From an uncultured Acidobacteriota bacterium (GTDB taxonomy: Bacteria > Acidobacteriota > UBA6911): 64,000 nucleotides of DNA. Shown here one piece after another: positions 8,963-18,808 of the stretch. Each line of letters opens with the position of its first letter. The stretch's first letter is position 1. The notes below the pieces were generated by a model. It had not been told where the DNA came from and searched no databases. It saw only the letters and a list, made by a program, of their open reading frames with translations. The position numbers and the translations under genes were made by a program. The stretch is from contig CAWJKZ010000013.1 in assembly GCA_963843575.1 (NCBI GenBank), forward strand, positions 320,001 through 384,000. Reading direction: 5' to 3'.

Positions 8963-11140
8963 TCCTCGCAAAGACGGGGTCAGGAAGGCATAGTGGGCCT
9001 TGTTGGTCAGGACCTGTTTGATGTAACCACGGGTTTCGCTGAAGGGGATGCGCTCGACAAACTCGGCCCTGTCGACGGAGCCAAACTGGTCGTGCCACCT
9101 CTCCGCACGGTTTTTCCCGGCGTTGTAAGCGGCCAGCGCCAGCTCGACCTTTCCGTCGAACTGCCGAAGCAACGAGGCCAGGTAGCGGGTGCCCAGCGCG
9201 ATGTTCGCGTCGGGACGAAACAGCTTCCCGACCGTGTAGCGGTTGACTCCGGCATCGCGCGCCAGCATCCGCCCGGTCGACGGCAGGATCTGCATGAGGC
9301 CGCGCGCATTTGCCTGGGAGCGGGCCCCCTCGTGGAACGCCGATTCCTGGCGGATCAGCCCGAGCACCAGGTTCGGGTCCAGGTCGTTTTTCGCGGCCTG
9401 CCCGGCGATCACCTCCCAGTGGAGCACCGGGAACAACAAGTCCCAGACCTCCGGGGGCAGTGACGAGCGCGGCCGGTCCGCATAGTCGGGGAATGCCCGG
9501 CGCAGGGCTACGATGACACCGTAGTAGTCGCCCTTCGCCTCATGCTGGCGCGCCAGCACGTAGCTCAGCGATTTTTCCGCCGGCAGCCGTTCGATGCCGT
9601 TTTTGAGCTCCGATATCGCAAGATCCTGCAACCCCGCTGCCGCCAGCCGGAAGGCGCGCTCCAGGACACGCACGGCTTCGGTTCCGGGGGCCGTGACCGA
9701 GCTTCGGACCGGGCGAATGCGGTCGACCGCCCGAATCACCTGCCCCAGGTCTATCCCGGAAAACGGCCGCCCGGTCCCGGTTCCCGATGCCTCCAGCACC
9801 TGCCGCGCCGTCACGGCCAGCCCGCCGTAGTAGCTCCAGTTCGAGATCTTCTCGACCCGGTCGTAAAGAAAGGCGGCCGTCGCGGTGTCCCCGATGTTTT
9901 CGTAGCAGCGCGCCATCCAGTACACGGGAGCGCCCGCCGGGCCGCCGTCGGGGTACGCGGTCAGGTACTCCCAGAACGAGCGGAGCGCGTCCTCGTACCG
10001 CCGCTGGGCATAGGAGTAGAACGCGACTTTCCAGAGGGCCTGCTCGGCGTACTGGCCCGACGGGAATTTCTCGCGCAGGGTCCGGTAGGCGTCCTGCCCG
10101 CGCGCGAGATCCCCATTCACGTCGTAATAGGTCGCCACCGACAAGAGGAGTTTCTCCGTCCACGGGGAAGCCGGGTGGAGCCGCAACGCCTCGTCGCGCA
10201 TCGCCAGGAACGAAGCCTCGTCGTCGGTGCGCCGGTAGAGCGCCCCTCTCAGGTAAGCCAGGCGCGCCTGCAGCGGTCCTGCCGCCGTACCCGCACTCTT
10301 GAGGTACGTCAGGACTTGCGCCCCTTTCCCCAGCGCGTAGTCCGTTTCCCCGAGCAGGATGAGTCGCCTGGCCGCAATCGCCGGATCCGGCGCTCCCGTC
10401 CTGGCCAGCCTGGTCAAGAGAGTTCGGGCCTCCCGGTTGCGCCCCACGGCCATGAGGTTCTCCGCCCGCTCGATGGTGAGCCGGTAACCGGAGGTCCCGG
10501 CGAGGAATCGCGGGGAAATCGCCCGCAGTCGCTGCGCTGCGAGATCCGCCGACTCGGCGTTGACGAAGCCGGCATAAATCCGCCGGTAGGTCGAAATGGC
10601 CTGTTCTGTGTCCCCGGACTGTTCCAGGGCGCGGGCACGCAGGTAGAGGACTTGCGATTCCGGCACGGCCCTCGCGCTCTTCAGCGTCTCGAGTGCACCG
10701 CGAGGGTTGCCCAGCTCGAGCAGCGCCTCGGCTTCGCCAAGGACGCACTCCTCGAAAACCGGAGAGTCCGGGTGGCCGCTCTGAACGGCGCGGAACGCCC
10801 TCAAGGCGTCTTCATCCCGGTCGAGCATCAAGCTGGCCTTGCCGCGGTAAAACGCAGCGTAGTCTCCCAGGGTCGCTGCCTCCCCCGCCGCCGACAAATC
10901 CTGCACGGCAGCCGCATAATCCTTGGCGAGGTAGCTGCGAATTCCGTTGCCGAGGTGCTCGAGCATTCGCTCGACCGGGGGAGGATACGGGGCGGAGACG
11001 CCCAGCCCCGGCGGGAGTTTCGCCGGACTGTCCGGCGACGGGATGGTCTGCACGAAGAACAACAACGCGGCGACAACAGGCAATCCTGGCCGGGCGTGTG
11101 CCGGGAGTGCCCGGAGGATTCTGAGACGTAAAGCGCGCAC
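8918..11140 (-). CDS. Soluble lytic murein transglycosylase (TPR repeats plus C-terminal SLT domain)
   Basis: LIRQESAF, ARGLMQILPSTG, LAAYNAG, IPFSETRGYIK. The last ~14 aa and the stop lie inside the family B repeat. Confidence 0.93.
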   Translation of the reverse strand: MRALRLRILRALPAHARPGLPVVAALLFFVQTIPSPDSPAKLPPGLGVSAPYPPPVERMLEHLGNGIRSYLAKDYAAAVQDLSAAGEAATLGDYAAFYRGKASLMLDRDEDALRAFRAVQSGHPDSPVFEECVLGEAEALLELGNPRGALETLKSARAVPESQVLYLRARALEQSGDTEQAISTYRRIYAGFVNAESADLAAQRLRAISPRFLAGTSGYRLTIERAENLMAVGRNREARTLLTRLARTGAPDPAIAARRLILLGETDYALGKGAQVLTYLKSAGTAAGPLQARLAYLRGALYRRTDDEASFLAMRDEALRLHPASPWTEKLLLSVATYYDVNGDLARGQDAYRTLREKFPSGQYAEQALWKVAFYSYAQRRYEDALRSFWEYLTAYPDGGPAGAPVYWMARCYENIGDTATAAFLYDRVEKISNWSYYGGLAVTARQVLEASGTGTGRPFSGIDLGQVIRAVDRIRPVRSSVTAPGTEAVRVLERAFRLAAAGLQDLAISELKNGIERLPAEKSLSYVLARQHEAKGDYYGVIVALRRAFPDYADRPRSSLPPEVWDLLFPVLHWEVIAGQAAKNDLDPNLVLGLIRQESAFHEGARSQANARGLMQILPSTGRMLARDAGVNRYTVGKLFRPDANIALGTRYLASLLRQFDGKVELALAAYNAGKNRAERWHDQFGSVDRAEFVERIPFSETRGYIKQVLTNKAHYAFLTPSLRGQVGQVGPGFSPDAF

Positions 11141-11189
11141 TTCGACCTTCTATGGGCTCCGGTTGTGGCCTCGGCAGGATCGCGGGCGA

Positions 11190-12677
11190 TCAGGTTTCGA
11201 CACGGGAACCAGGGTAGTCGCTTCCCAGCGCCGAGGCGTCGTTTTCGCCGAGGATGCGGACGATCTCGTCGTGGAAATAGTCCACTTTTCTCGAAACGAC
11301 GGGCGAGACACGCTTCTCGTACATCTCGCGGCTCCGGTCGATATCCCGCTTCAACCGGACGTAGACATCCCTGTTCGCTCGACCCTCGACGACCCTCTGC
11401 TCATTGTAGAGCTTGATCTCCACAACGAGAAGCCTCGCGAACCTTTTTGCATCGGAATGCAGTTTTTCTTCTTCCGAAGGCTTCTGCACCTCCCGCGGGA
11501 CGGCCGCTCTCGGCGCCGCGGGCGGCGGCAACTTGGGCTGCGCGACGGGCTGCGCCGGGACGGGCTCCACCGGTTCGACCGGCGCATCGACGGGCTGTAC
11601 GGGCGAACCCGCGTCGATGACGGCCTGCGACGGCTCTATCGCTGCGGGTTCCGCGCCGACGGCAGGGGCCTCGGCAGGCATAGCAGCTTCAGGCGCGCAC
11701 GTTTCCACGACTGGCGCTTCTGGGACCGCAACCGGCGGGGCCACTTCCTGGGCCGGCTCTGCGATTGCCGGGGCGGGCGCCTCCGACACCGTCTCAGGCT
11801 CGGCCGCCGGCGGCTCCGCCTCGGCCGGTTCTGTCGGCGCCGCCACCGCAGGCTCCGCGGCTTCTTCGACCGGCGGCATCTGCGGCACGACCTCGGCCCG
11901 GCTTTCAGGTTCCGGCGGTGCCTCGGGTGCGGCCCGCTCCGGGGAGACGGCCGGGGCGCCCGAAGCCTTCAACTGCTGCAGTATCTTCAGGGCGACGTTC
12001 TCGATGCACAGCCCGGTGATCTGCATAATCGCCGACAACGGCTGTAGTGCGCAATCGTGGCTGTTCGACGCCGTCGCCAGCAGTACCGCCACCGGTCGCT
12101 GCAGGGCCTTGAGCGGGAAAGCGTGCCACGGCCCCAGCTGCTGCTCGTGCAGGAAAGGCACCAGCCTCGACTCGGCCGAAAGGTCGCTCGCCGAGACGAC
12201 GTCGTCCCCCTCGAGCGCCCGGGACAGCAGGTGGCTGTCGGATTCCGGAAACCCCTGGGACGCGATGGCCGCCGCGGCCTCCTCCGAGTAGCCCCTGGAG
12301 GCCCAGGCGGTGAGCTGCTCGCCCCGGAGCACGAACAACGTCACGCGTGGCGCATACCGCGAGGCGGCATCAAGAAGCATCGTCAGGATCTCTTCCTGCG
12401 TTTCGCCCAGCCGCATGTCTTTGGCGAACTTGGCGAGGTGCGCGCTGTCTTCCTCGGCCCTGGCAAGGACGTGCCCAATCGCCTCCTTCAGAGTGTCGCC
12501 GGCGCTCGGGAACTCGACGGCGTCCAGCACCGACACCTGCTGTTCAAACTGGCGCAGGGAGGCCGAAATCCGAGACTCGAGCGCCTGCAATTCCTCCCGA
12601 AGGCTCTGCAGGTGCGGCGCCAGACTCTGACGGGCCTCTTGCCTCAATCGGCTCTCATAATCCTGGACGGAGGGCAT
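11190..12677 (-). CDS. Hypothetical protein: coiled coil, GAF-like region, Pro/Ala/Glu-rich linker, conserved-looking helical C-terminal domain
   Basis: AGGAG SD before ATG 12677; C-terminus AKRFARLLVVEIKLYNE...DIDRSREMYEKRV...DYFHDEIVRILG. Confidence 0.8.
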   Translation of the reverse strand: MPSVQDYESRLRQEARQSLAPHLQSLREELQALESRISASLRQFEQQVSVLDAVEFPSAGDTLKEAIGHVLARAEEDSAHLAKFAKDMRLGETQEEILTMLLDAASRYAPRVTLFVLRGEQLTAWASRGYSEEAAAAIASQGFPESDSHLLSRALEGDDVVSASDLSAESRLVPFLHEQQLGPWHAFPLKALQRPVAVLLATASNSHDCALQPLSAIMQITGLCIENVALKILQQLKASGAPAVSPERAAPEAPPEPESRAEVVPQMPPVEEAAEPAVAAPTEPAEAEPPAAEPETVSEAPAPAIAEPAQEVAPPVAVPEAPVVETCAPEAAMPAEAPAVGAEPAAIEPSQAVIDAGSPVQPVDAPVEPVEPVPAQPVAQPKLPPPAAPRAAVPREVQKPSEEEKLHSDAKRFARLLVVEIKLYNEQRVVEGRANRDVYVRLKRDIDRSREMYEKRVSPVVSRKVDYFHDEIVRILGENDASALGSDYPGSRVET

Positions 12678-12934
12678 GGACAACTCCTAACTAATAATCA
12701 GACAATGACTTGCGGGATCTCGGAATCATACACCAAAGCCCGCGGACGTGTCAATTTCAAAGCAGCCACAGCCGTCAGATCGGTATTTCCCGGCGAAACC
12801 GTTAGCTGTTGGAAGGAATAGGGCTAGGAAACAAAAACGTGCCGCGGAAAAGACACCGATGGCCACGGGAACGACAGATCTGGGATTCCGTGATTTCAGT
12901 ATTCTCCGTGGCAGGTCGTTGCAGTGCCCCCGTC

Positions 12935-13780
12935 TTATATTTTGCGGGTGGAGGTCTCGATGGACTTGGACAGCTTTTCAATCCCCTTGGAAAGGGAACT
13001 AAGCGACGGCTGGGTCAGCGAATCGACCGAAACCGCGAACGTCTGGGACTGGTCGTAGAGCCCTTTCAGCTGCAGGTTCAGGTTGGTGATCATCTCGCGC
13101 AGCTGGGTGAGGGCTTCCAGCGTATTGAGGTTCATCCCCTTCAACAGGTCCTTGTCCTTGCGCTGATCGAAGAACGCGACCGACTGGTCGTTGCGGATCT
13201 GCTTTGCCAGGTCGCGGATCTGCTCGGTCCGGGTAGCGATTTCCTGTTGGCTGACGCTCTTGCCCTCTTGCCGGTCCCGGATGAGGGTTTCGAGCTGCTC
13301 CACGGCCTCAAGCATGCTCATGCTCAAGGCGACGGGCTGTCGCAGCGTGAGCTTCGCAATCTGCGGCGTCATCAGGGGTTCGGAGTTCCGGTAGAACCTC
13401 CGGAAGTAGTAGGGGTTGACCCCGTAAAAGCTCTGAAGGTACCAGAAGTACTCCTGCGAGCGGAGCCAGAGCGACTGGGATACGAAAGAAGACCTGGAAA
13501 GGTCGGGAGCATAGGAACCCCCGCCAGAAGAAGGCAGGCCCGTGTTGGCCACCACGCGAGACGCGGTGCCGCTGTACACGTCGCGGGAGGAAACCGTCGG
13601 GGCGACAGTGCCCGCCCCCCCTGCCGAAACACCGCGCGACCCCACGGAGGACGAACCGGCCGAAGCCCCGCCCCCGCCGCCGCGTTCGTCGGAACCCCCT
13701 GCAGGGCGCTGAACCTCGCCTGCCGCAAACACCGCGAGAAGCAGAACTACCGCGCAAGCGTTGATCATGTTCGTTCTCAT
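12935..13780 (-). CDS. Hypothetical secreted protein (signal peptide, Gly/Ser-rich segment, helical C-terminus)
   Basis: GGAGG SD, hydrophobic N-terminus, coherent amphipathic helical composition. Confidence 0.8.
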   Translation of the reverse strand: MRTNMINACAVVLLLAVFAAGEVQRPAGGSDERGGGGGASAGSSSVGSRGVSAGGAGTVAPTVSSRDVYSGTASRVVANTGLPSSGGGSYAPDLSRSSFVSQSLWLRSQEYFWYLQSFYGVNPYYFRRFYRNSEPLMTPQIAKLTLRQPVALSMSMLEAVEQLETLIRDRQEGKSVSQQEIATRTEQIRDLAKQIRNDQSVAFFDQRKDKDLLKGMNLNTLEALTQLREMITNLNLQLKGLYDQSQTFAVSVDSLTQPSLSSLSKGIEKLSKSIETSTRKI

Positions 13781-14121
13781 AAGGGCCTCCAACCGCCGGA
13801 TGTAATCTACTCTTGTATAATAACCTTATATATTAACACGATCGGACCAGTCACACAAGCAATTCGCCGCCGCGTGGACCTCGAACGCCTATACCGTCCT
13901 CCGTACAGTTGGATGCTGCCTGAGGCGGAAAAAGTTCACGGCGGTTTAAGAGCGGCGGGGGCGGAACTCCCATTTCGCCCCCGTCGCTCCCGAAGGAGGT
14001 TATTGAATGGGTACTTGATTAAGACGAACGCCGGGCGCGAAAAGTTGCGTTTTCTTTGCGGGTGGAGGTCGGTATATGCTGTTTTTTTCAGGCGCCCGTG
14101 GACGGCGGCGGCGAATTCGCT

Positions 14122-16077
14122 ATGTTACTTCAGGCCGCTAAGGATCTGACCTTGTGTGCGGCGTTCGTGTTCCTTCTGTGGGGGCCGCTCGGTCGCCGGA
14201 TTCTGGCGACGGAACGGAGCCGCGCATTCGGCTACCCGGCCGCCGTTTCGGTCGGGATGGGGGTGTGGGGTCTCTGGATCCTGCTGCTCGGCCTTTGTGG
14301 TCTTCTGTACCCATGGGTGGTTGCCTCCTCTGCGGCGCTTGTCTTCGTCGCCCTTCGGCTGGATCGCCGTCTCCTCGGCGGTGCCCCGGCCGGCAATTCG
14401 CCCGAGGAGGGCCAGGCGGAGTCGTTCCGTGTCTTCAGTGACTTCCGCGGCTGGTTTTTATTTTTCGGGCGCCGCGCGCTGCTCCCTCGTGAGGACGTTG
14501 CGGCCGCGGTCGTGCTCGGCAGCCTCTCTGCCATTTACATCGGCCTGGCCTTGGCGTCTTCGGCCGCGCCCGAAGTCGCCTTTGATGCGCTGAACGTGCA
14601 TCTCCCCTACGCGCGCGACGCGGCCGCGGCGCACCGCGTCGGCTTTGCCCCCAACAACTGGAGCAGCGCTATGCCCGCGCTGCCGCTCATGGCTTACATC
14701 ACGGGGTTCCTCTACTCCGGGCTGGGTCTCGTCAAGCTGATCAACGTCCTATCGTACGTGCTTGGGGGTGCGGTCGTTTTCAGCGTTGCCCGGGAGTGGT
14801 GGGGCCGCGCCTGGGGAATCGCCGCCGCCGCCCTTTTCTGGAGCTGTCCGGTTGCGGTTTACGAGGCGACGACTGCGCTCATCGACCTGCCGCTGACGCT
14901 TTACTCGGCCCTCGCCGTCTGCGCCCTGCTCGAGTGGACCAGGAGCGGCACCGGGGGGGCCCTCAAGCTTTCTGCGCTGTCGCTTGGACTGGCGCTGGGG
15001 TGCAAATACCACGCGGTCTTCTGGGTCCCGCCGCTGTTCGGTGTCCTGGGCTGGCACCTGCTGGTTGTCCGGCGCCGCACCCCCCGGCAGGCCGCCGGGG
15101 TGATGCTGCGCTACGGGGCGCTGGCGTTCCTGCTGTTTCTGCCCTGGGCCGTGCGGGCGTGGTACTACACGGGCAATCCGGTCTTCCCCGCCGCCAATGG
15201 CTTCTTTCAAAGCCCATATTTCCCACCGTCCATGCAAAGCGCCGCCGCGGCCGCCTACGCCAACGAGGGTGTGGGCCGAGGCCTGCGGGCGCTGCTCGAG
15301 CTTCCGTGGACCGTGACCTTCCACCCGGGCCCCTTCCGCGGCACCCTGGGGCTTATCTTTCTGCCCGGGGTGGCATTGGCGCTGTTGCGCGGAAGGAATC
15401 GCGAAACGTGGTACGTCCTGGCGGCGGCAGTGGCCTATTTCCTGGCCTGGGCACTGACGGCGCAGGAAATCCGATACCTTCTCCCCATGGTGCCCGTTCT
15501 GGCCCTCTTGACGGTTGCGGGTTTCCTGGGAACCACGATGGCGGCGAGCGCAAAGCCGTTCGCCGGCCGGCTGGCCCTGCTCATCGTGCTTGCCGGTGGC
15601 GCGGCGGCGGCGCTGCCGGCCGTCTATCCCCTCTGGGCGCGCGAATGGACCTACTGGCACAGTTACAAGTGCCCCTGGCCGTACCTGACGGGGCAGGAGA
15701 CCGCCGAGCAGTACGTGCTGCGGGACGTGCCCTCGATCTATGTATACGACTACATCAACCGGAATCTGAACAGCGGGCAGCGCATCCTGCTGCTCAACGA
15801 TTCCGCACAGTACTATTCCCGCGTCCCGACACTCTATTCTTTTACGGTCGAGGCCGACCTCATCCTGATGGACACGACCGAGGAGGGGGTCGTCGCCCGG
15901 ATGCGCGCATCGGGCGTGACCCACGTGCTGCTGAACTACAACGGCATTGCACCGCTGCCCGGGGTCGTGCCCCGGCTGGGAGTATACTTCTTCCTCGACG
16001 GGCGGTTCCGGGACCGGTGCATGGACCCGCTATACTCCCGCAACAACGTCACGCTGTACCGTTTCCGATGCCAATGA
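14122..16077 (+). CDS. Polytopic GT-C fold glycosyltransferase (ArnT/PMT-like)
   Basis: Many TM helices; DALNVHLPYA loop, LALGCKY, PW..R.WYYTGNPVFP, RYLLP motifs typical of this family. Confidence 0.8.
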   Translation: MLLQAAKDLTLCAAFVFLLWGPLGRRILATERSRAFGYPAAVSVGMGVWGLWILLLGLCGLLYPWVVASSAALVFVALRLDRRLLGGAPAGNSPEEGQAESFRVFSDFRGWFLFFGRRALLPREDVAAAVVLGSLSAIYIGLALASSAAPEVAFDALNVHLPYARDAAAAHRVGFAPNNWSSAMPALPLMAYITGFLYSGLGLVKLINVLSYVLGGAVVFSVAREWWGRAWGIAAAALFWSCPVAVYEATTALIDLPLTLYSALAVCALLEWTRSGTGGALKLSALSLGLALGCKYHAVFWVPPLFGVLGWHLLVVRRRTPRQAAGVMLRYGALAFLLFLPWAVRAWYYTGNPVFPAANGFFQSPYFPPSMQSAAAAAYANEGVGRGLRALLELPWTVTFHPGPFRGTLGLIFLPGVALALLRGRNRETWYVLAAAVAYFLAWALTAQEIRYLLPMVPVLALLTVAGFLGTTMAASAKPFAGRLALLIVLAGGAAAALPAVYPLWAREWTYWHSYKCPWPYLTGQETAEQYVLRDVPSIYVYDYINRNLNSGQRILLLNDSAQYYSRVPTLYSFTVEADLILMDTTEEGVVARMRASGVTHVLLNYNGIAPLPGVVPRLGVYFFLDGRFRDRCMDPLYSRNNVTLYRFRCQ

Positions 16078-16835
16078 AGACTATCGCGCTTATCCCGGTC
16101 TACAACGAGGCTTCGACCCTGGTCTCCGTCCTGGACCCCGTCGCGTCGCGGGTGGATCAGGTGGTGGTCGTCGACGACGGTTCATCGGACGGCTCCTTGA
16201 ACCTGGCACGGGAGTGGGCCGCCGGCCGGCCGGGCGCAACCGTTCTCAGCCTCCGGTCCAACCGGGGCATGTCGGCGGCCCTGCGCGAGGGGTTCGTCCT
16301 CCTGGCGGGCCGGGTGGCCAGGGGAGAGCTCGACGACGACGACCTCCTCTTCACGATCGACGCCGACGGCCAGCACGACCCCGACGAGATACCTGCACTC
16401 GGGGACTACATGCTCCGGAGCGCGCTGGACGTGGCGCTCACATGCCGCGATTTCAACCTCTACCCCTCCTACAAGCGCCTGGGCAACGACCTGATGAGCC
16501 TCTGGGGATCGCTCTGGAGCGGTTTCCGCTACCGCGACGTCGAGTCGGGGTTCCGGGGAATGCGTCTGAAAGTACTCCCTTCGCTGCTGGACTACTATTC
16601 GGGGCACCGCTACAGCTGCGCCCAGGAGATTGCGGTCCTCACCGCCAGGCTGGGGTTTCGCGTGGACAACGATTTCAAGACCGTGATCCGCCTCTACCGC
16701 TCACAGACCGGCGTCCGCGACGTCCTCCTCAACGCGTGTCTCGGGTTCTGGGCTTTCGCGCGCTGGGCCTCGCGCCGCAAGGTGGCCGCACGGCCCTCCC
16801 TGGCATCCTCGGCCGCCACCTCGGAGCACGCCTGA
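16074..16835 (+). CDS. Glycosyltransferase family 2 (DPM1-like polyprenol-phosphate glycosyltransferase)
   Basis: LIPVYNEA, VVDDGSSDGS, NRGMSAALREG, TIDADGQHDP, DVESGFR; ATGA overlap with the upstream gene. Confidence 0.92.
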   Translation: MKTIALIPVYNEASTLVSVLDPVASRVDQVVVVDDGSSDGSLNLAREWAAGRPGATVLSLRSNRGMSAALREGFVLLAGRVARGELDDDDLLFTIDADGQHDPDEIPALGDYMLRSALDVALTCRDFNLYPSYKRLGNDLMSLWGSLWSGFRYRDVESGFRGMRLKVLPSLLDYYSGHRYSCAQEIAVLTARLGFRVDNDFKTVIRLYRSQTGVRDVLLNACLGFWAFARWASRRKVAARPSLASSAATSEHA

Positions 16836-17455
16836 TGGCCGCCCCATTCCGGGCGCACGCATCGTTCCGGCAGCGTGTCGCCGACCACCTCTTCTTCCCC
16901 GTGAACATGTGGCTGGGCGAGGATGCCTCCGCGCGGCTCGGATTGACGCCGATCGACCACGAGCGGGTCCGGGCGGCCTTGACGCACTGTCGCGGAAAAC
17001 TCCTGGACATCGGCTGCGGCAACAACCTCCTGGTCCGGCAGCACGGCGACGGGTTCGGGATCGACGTCCACCCCTACGCGCAGACGGATGTCTTGTGCGA
17101 CGGCGCCCGGCTTGCCTTCAAGTCCGGCAGCTTCGATACCGTCTCCCTGCTGGCCTGCCTCAACCACATCGTGCGGCGCGGCGAAACCCTGGCCGAGTGT
17201 GCCCGCGTCCTGAAGCCCGGCGGCAGGCTCATCCTCACCATGATTCCTCGCTGGATCGGGATCCTCAGCCACCCCATCCGCAGACGCCACGACCCCGACC
17301 AGCTCGACCGGGGTATGGCGCACGATGAGGACTGGGGGCTGTCGACCCACGAAGTCACCAGGCTGCTGCGCGCGGCCGGATTCGTCCCCATCCTGCGGCG
17401 CCGGTTCCTCTGGGGCCTCAACTGCGTCTTCGTCGCCCGCCTCGGCGCCGCTTAG
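16835..17455 (+). CDS. Class I SAM-dependent methyltransferase
   Basis: LLDIGCG, FDTV, LNHI, RVLKPGGRLIL; TGATG coupling to GT2. Confidence 0.9.
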   Translation: MAAPFRAHASFRQRVADHLFFPVNMWLGEDASARLGLTPIDHERVRAALTHCRGKLLDIGCGNNLLVRQHGDGFGIDVHPYAQTDVLCDGARLAFKSGSFDTVSLLACLNHIVRRGETLAECARVLKPGGRLILTMIPRWIGILSHPIRRRHDPDQLDRGMAHDEDWGLSTHEVTRLLRAAGFVPILRRRFLWGLNCVFVARLGAA

Positions 17456-17525
17456 TACTGATGTTCACAAATACGCTGACGTATTTTTCAGGACGCGGAT
17501 GCGCGCGGATCCCCACGGATCGACC
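17453..17525. repeat. Family C repeat (TAGTACT...AAATACGC.AACGT end followed by periodic CGCGGAT units)
   Basis: gtactgatgttcacaaatacgctgacgtatttttcaggacgcggatgcgcgcggatcccc is nearly identical to 40159-40218 and homologous to the reverse complement of 51776-51839. Confidence 0.85.
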
Positions 17526-17544
17526 TTTTGTCTTTCATCGTCCC

Positions 17545-18639
17545 TCAGTGGAGCTTGATTGTACCGCTGGTGACGATGTCCCAGTAGGAGTAGGAGCGGT
17601 CAGGGTCGAACGCCGCCAGAAAGGGTTTCGCCCACTGCAGCACCTGGGTGAATTTGTAGCCTGCGACACCTTCAGGGTGCGAAATGTGGTTGCTCCAGTA
17701 CGCCCTGACGAAGACGGCGTTGTCGGCAAGCGGCAGCGCCGCCACGTTTCTCAGAAACCGTCCCCAGACCATGTTGCGAACCAGGTACTGCTCGACGTTC
17801 GACGTGTAGAACACGGTCACGTTTTCTCGCCGCTCCCGCAGCCACCCGCCCAGCTCGCGCAGGGCGTGCGTCCCGGCAAAGTCGCCGACCACCGGAATAA
17901 TCCGGTTCTCGTCCTGCAGCTGTTTGACGTACCGGAATTCCTCGGCGCTGTTGAGGAAGTTCTGCATGCGTCCGTCGAGGTCCCTCTCCACGAGGAACTC
18001 CCCGAGCGTCGGGACCGGGATGTAGTCGTACTTGATCGAAAATCCCCGCACGTAGAACGCGCGGTGGATCCGGTCGATAGTGTTGAGATCTGCCGGACTC
18101 AATTCGAGCCGGCACGCCTGCGCCAGGAAGTTGCGTATCCGCGTCTGGGTACGGTTGTACAGAAACGGGTCGGGCTCGACCGGCCTGAGCGACTCGACCA
18201 TCTCTTCCACGGTGTAACCCTGGCCGCGCATCTTCCCGTGGGGGATCGGACGGCTCAACAGCAACGACAGGTACTCCCGGCGGTCGCGCGCGTAATGGAA
18301 GAGCGCTTTGAAGAGGAGGTGCTCGAGAAAGTTCTGGCGCCGGATGTCGACTATAAAGGCGTAGCGGGGCCGGACCTTAGCGATGTATGTGAAGTTCTGG
18401 TTGGGCCCCACCCCCAGGTAGACGCCACCCTGAACCCCGAGTTCGCGAAGCCTGCGCAGAGGATGCTGATACGACGCCTCGTTGGATACGTAGTTGTCGT
18501 TCCAGAAGTACCCGCCGGGCTCGGACAGCCGCGCGATCAGGCTCCCGAACTGGCTGGCGGTGAGCGCCGCCGCCTCGCGGGCCGGAGCCGGCGCGGCCGC
18601 AACCTGGGCGAACAGGATTAGGAGAATGAGTCTTCGCAA
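17545..18639 (-). CDS. Conserved hypothetical secreted protein
   Basis: Probable TTG start with signal peptide; LSEPGGYF..DNYVSNE, YLGVGPNQNFTYIA, FYTSNVEQYL look like conserved family motifs. Confidence 0.8.
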   Translation of the reverse strand: MRRLILLILFAQVAAAPAPAREAAALTASQFGSLIARLSEPGGYFWNDNYVSNEASYQHPLRRLRELGVQGGVYLGVGPNQNFTYIAKVRPRYAFIVDIRRQNFLEHLLFKALFHYARDRREYLSLLLSRPIPHGKMRGQGYTVEEMVESLRPVEPDPFLYNRTQTRIRNFLAQACRLELSPADLNTIDRIHRAFYVRGFSIKYDYIPVPTLGEFLVERDLDGRMQNFLNSAEEFRYVKQLQDENRIIPVVGDFAGTHALRELGGWLRERRENVTVFYTSNVEQYLVRNMVWGRFLRNVAALPLADNAVFVRAYWSNHISHPEGVAGYKFTQVLQWAKPFLAAFDPDRSYSYWDIVTSGTIKLH

Positions 18640-18690
18640 GGATGTTCCCGCGGCGACACCCGAGTCGCCAGTTGCTGGAAGTTTAGCACA

Positions 18691-18779
18691 TGGAGTGCGA
18701 CGCCTCGGCGCTGCTGCGAGCCTCGGACACGGCGGCGCCCAGGCGCCGTCCCCAAAGCGGCGTCGAGCCCTGCACTCCA
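18691..18779. repeat. REPIN-like element, family A (TGGAGTGCGGCG...CGCCGCACTCCA)
   Basis: Terminal inverted TGGAGTGC/GCACTCCA with internal GGCGCCyAGGCGCC and AAAGCGGCGTCGAGCC modules; about 11 copies in the window. Confidence 0.88.
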
Positions 18780-18808
18780 CAGGCCCGCTTCGGGTTATAA
18801 TCAGCCGG

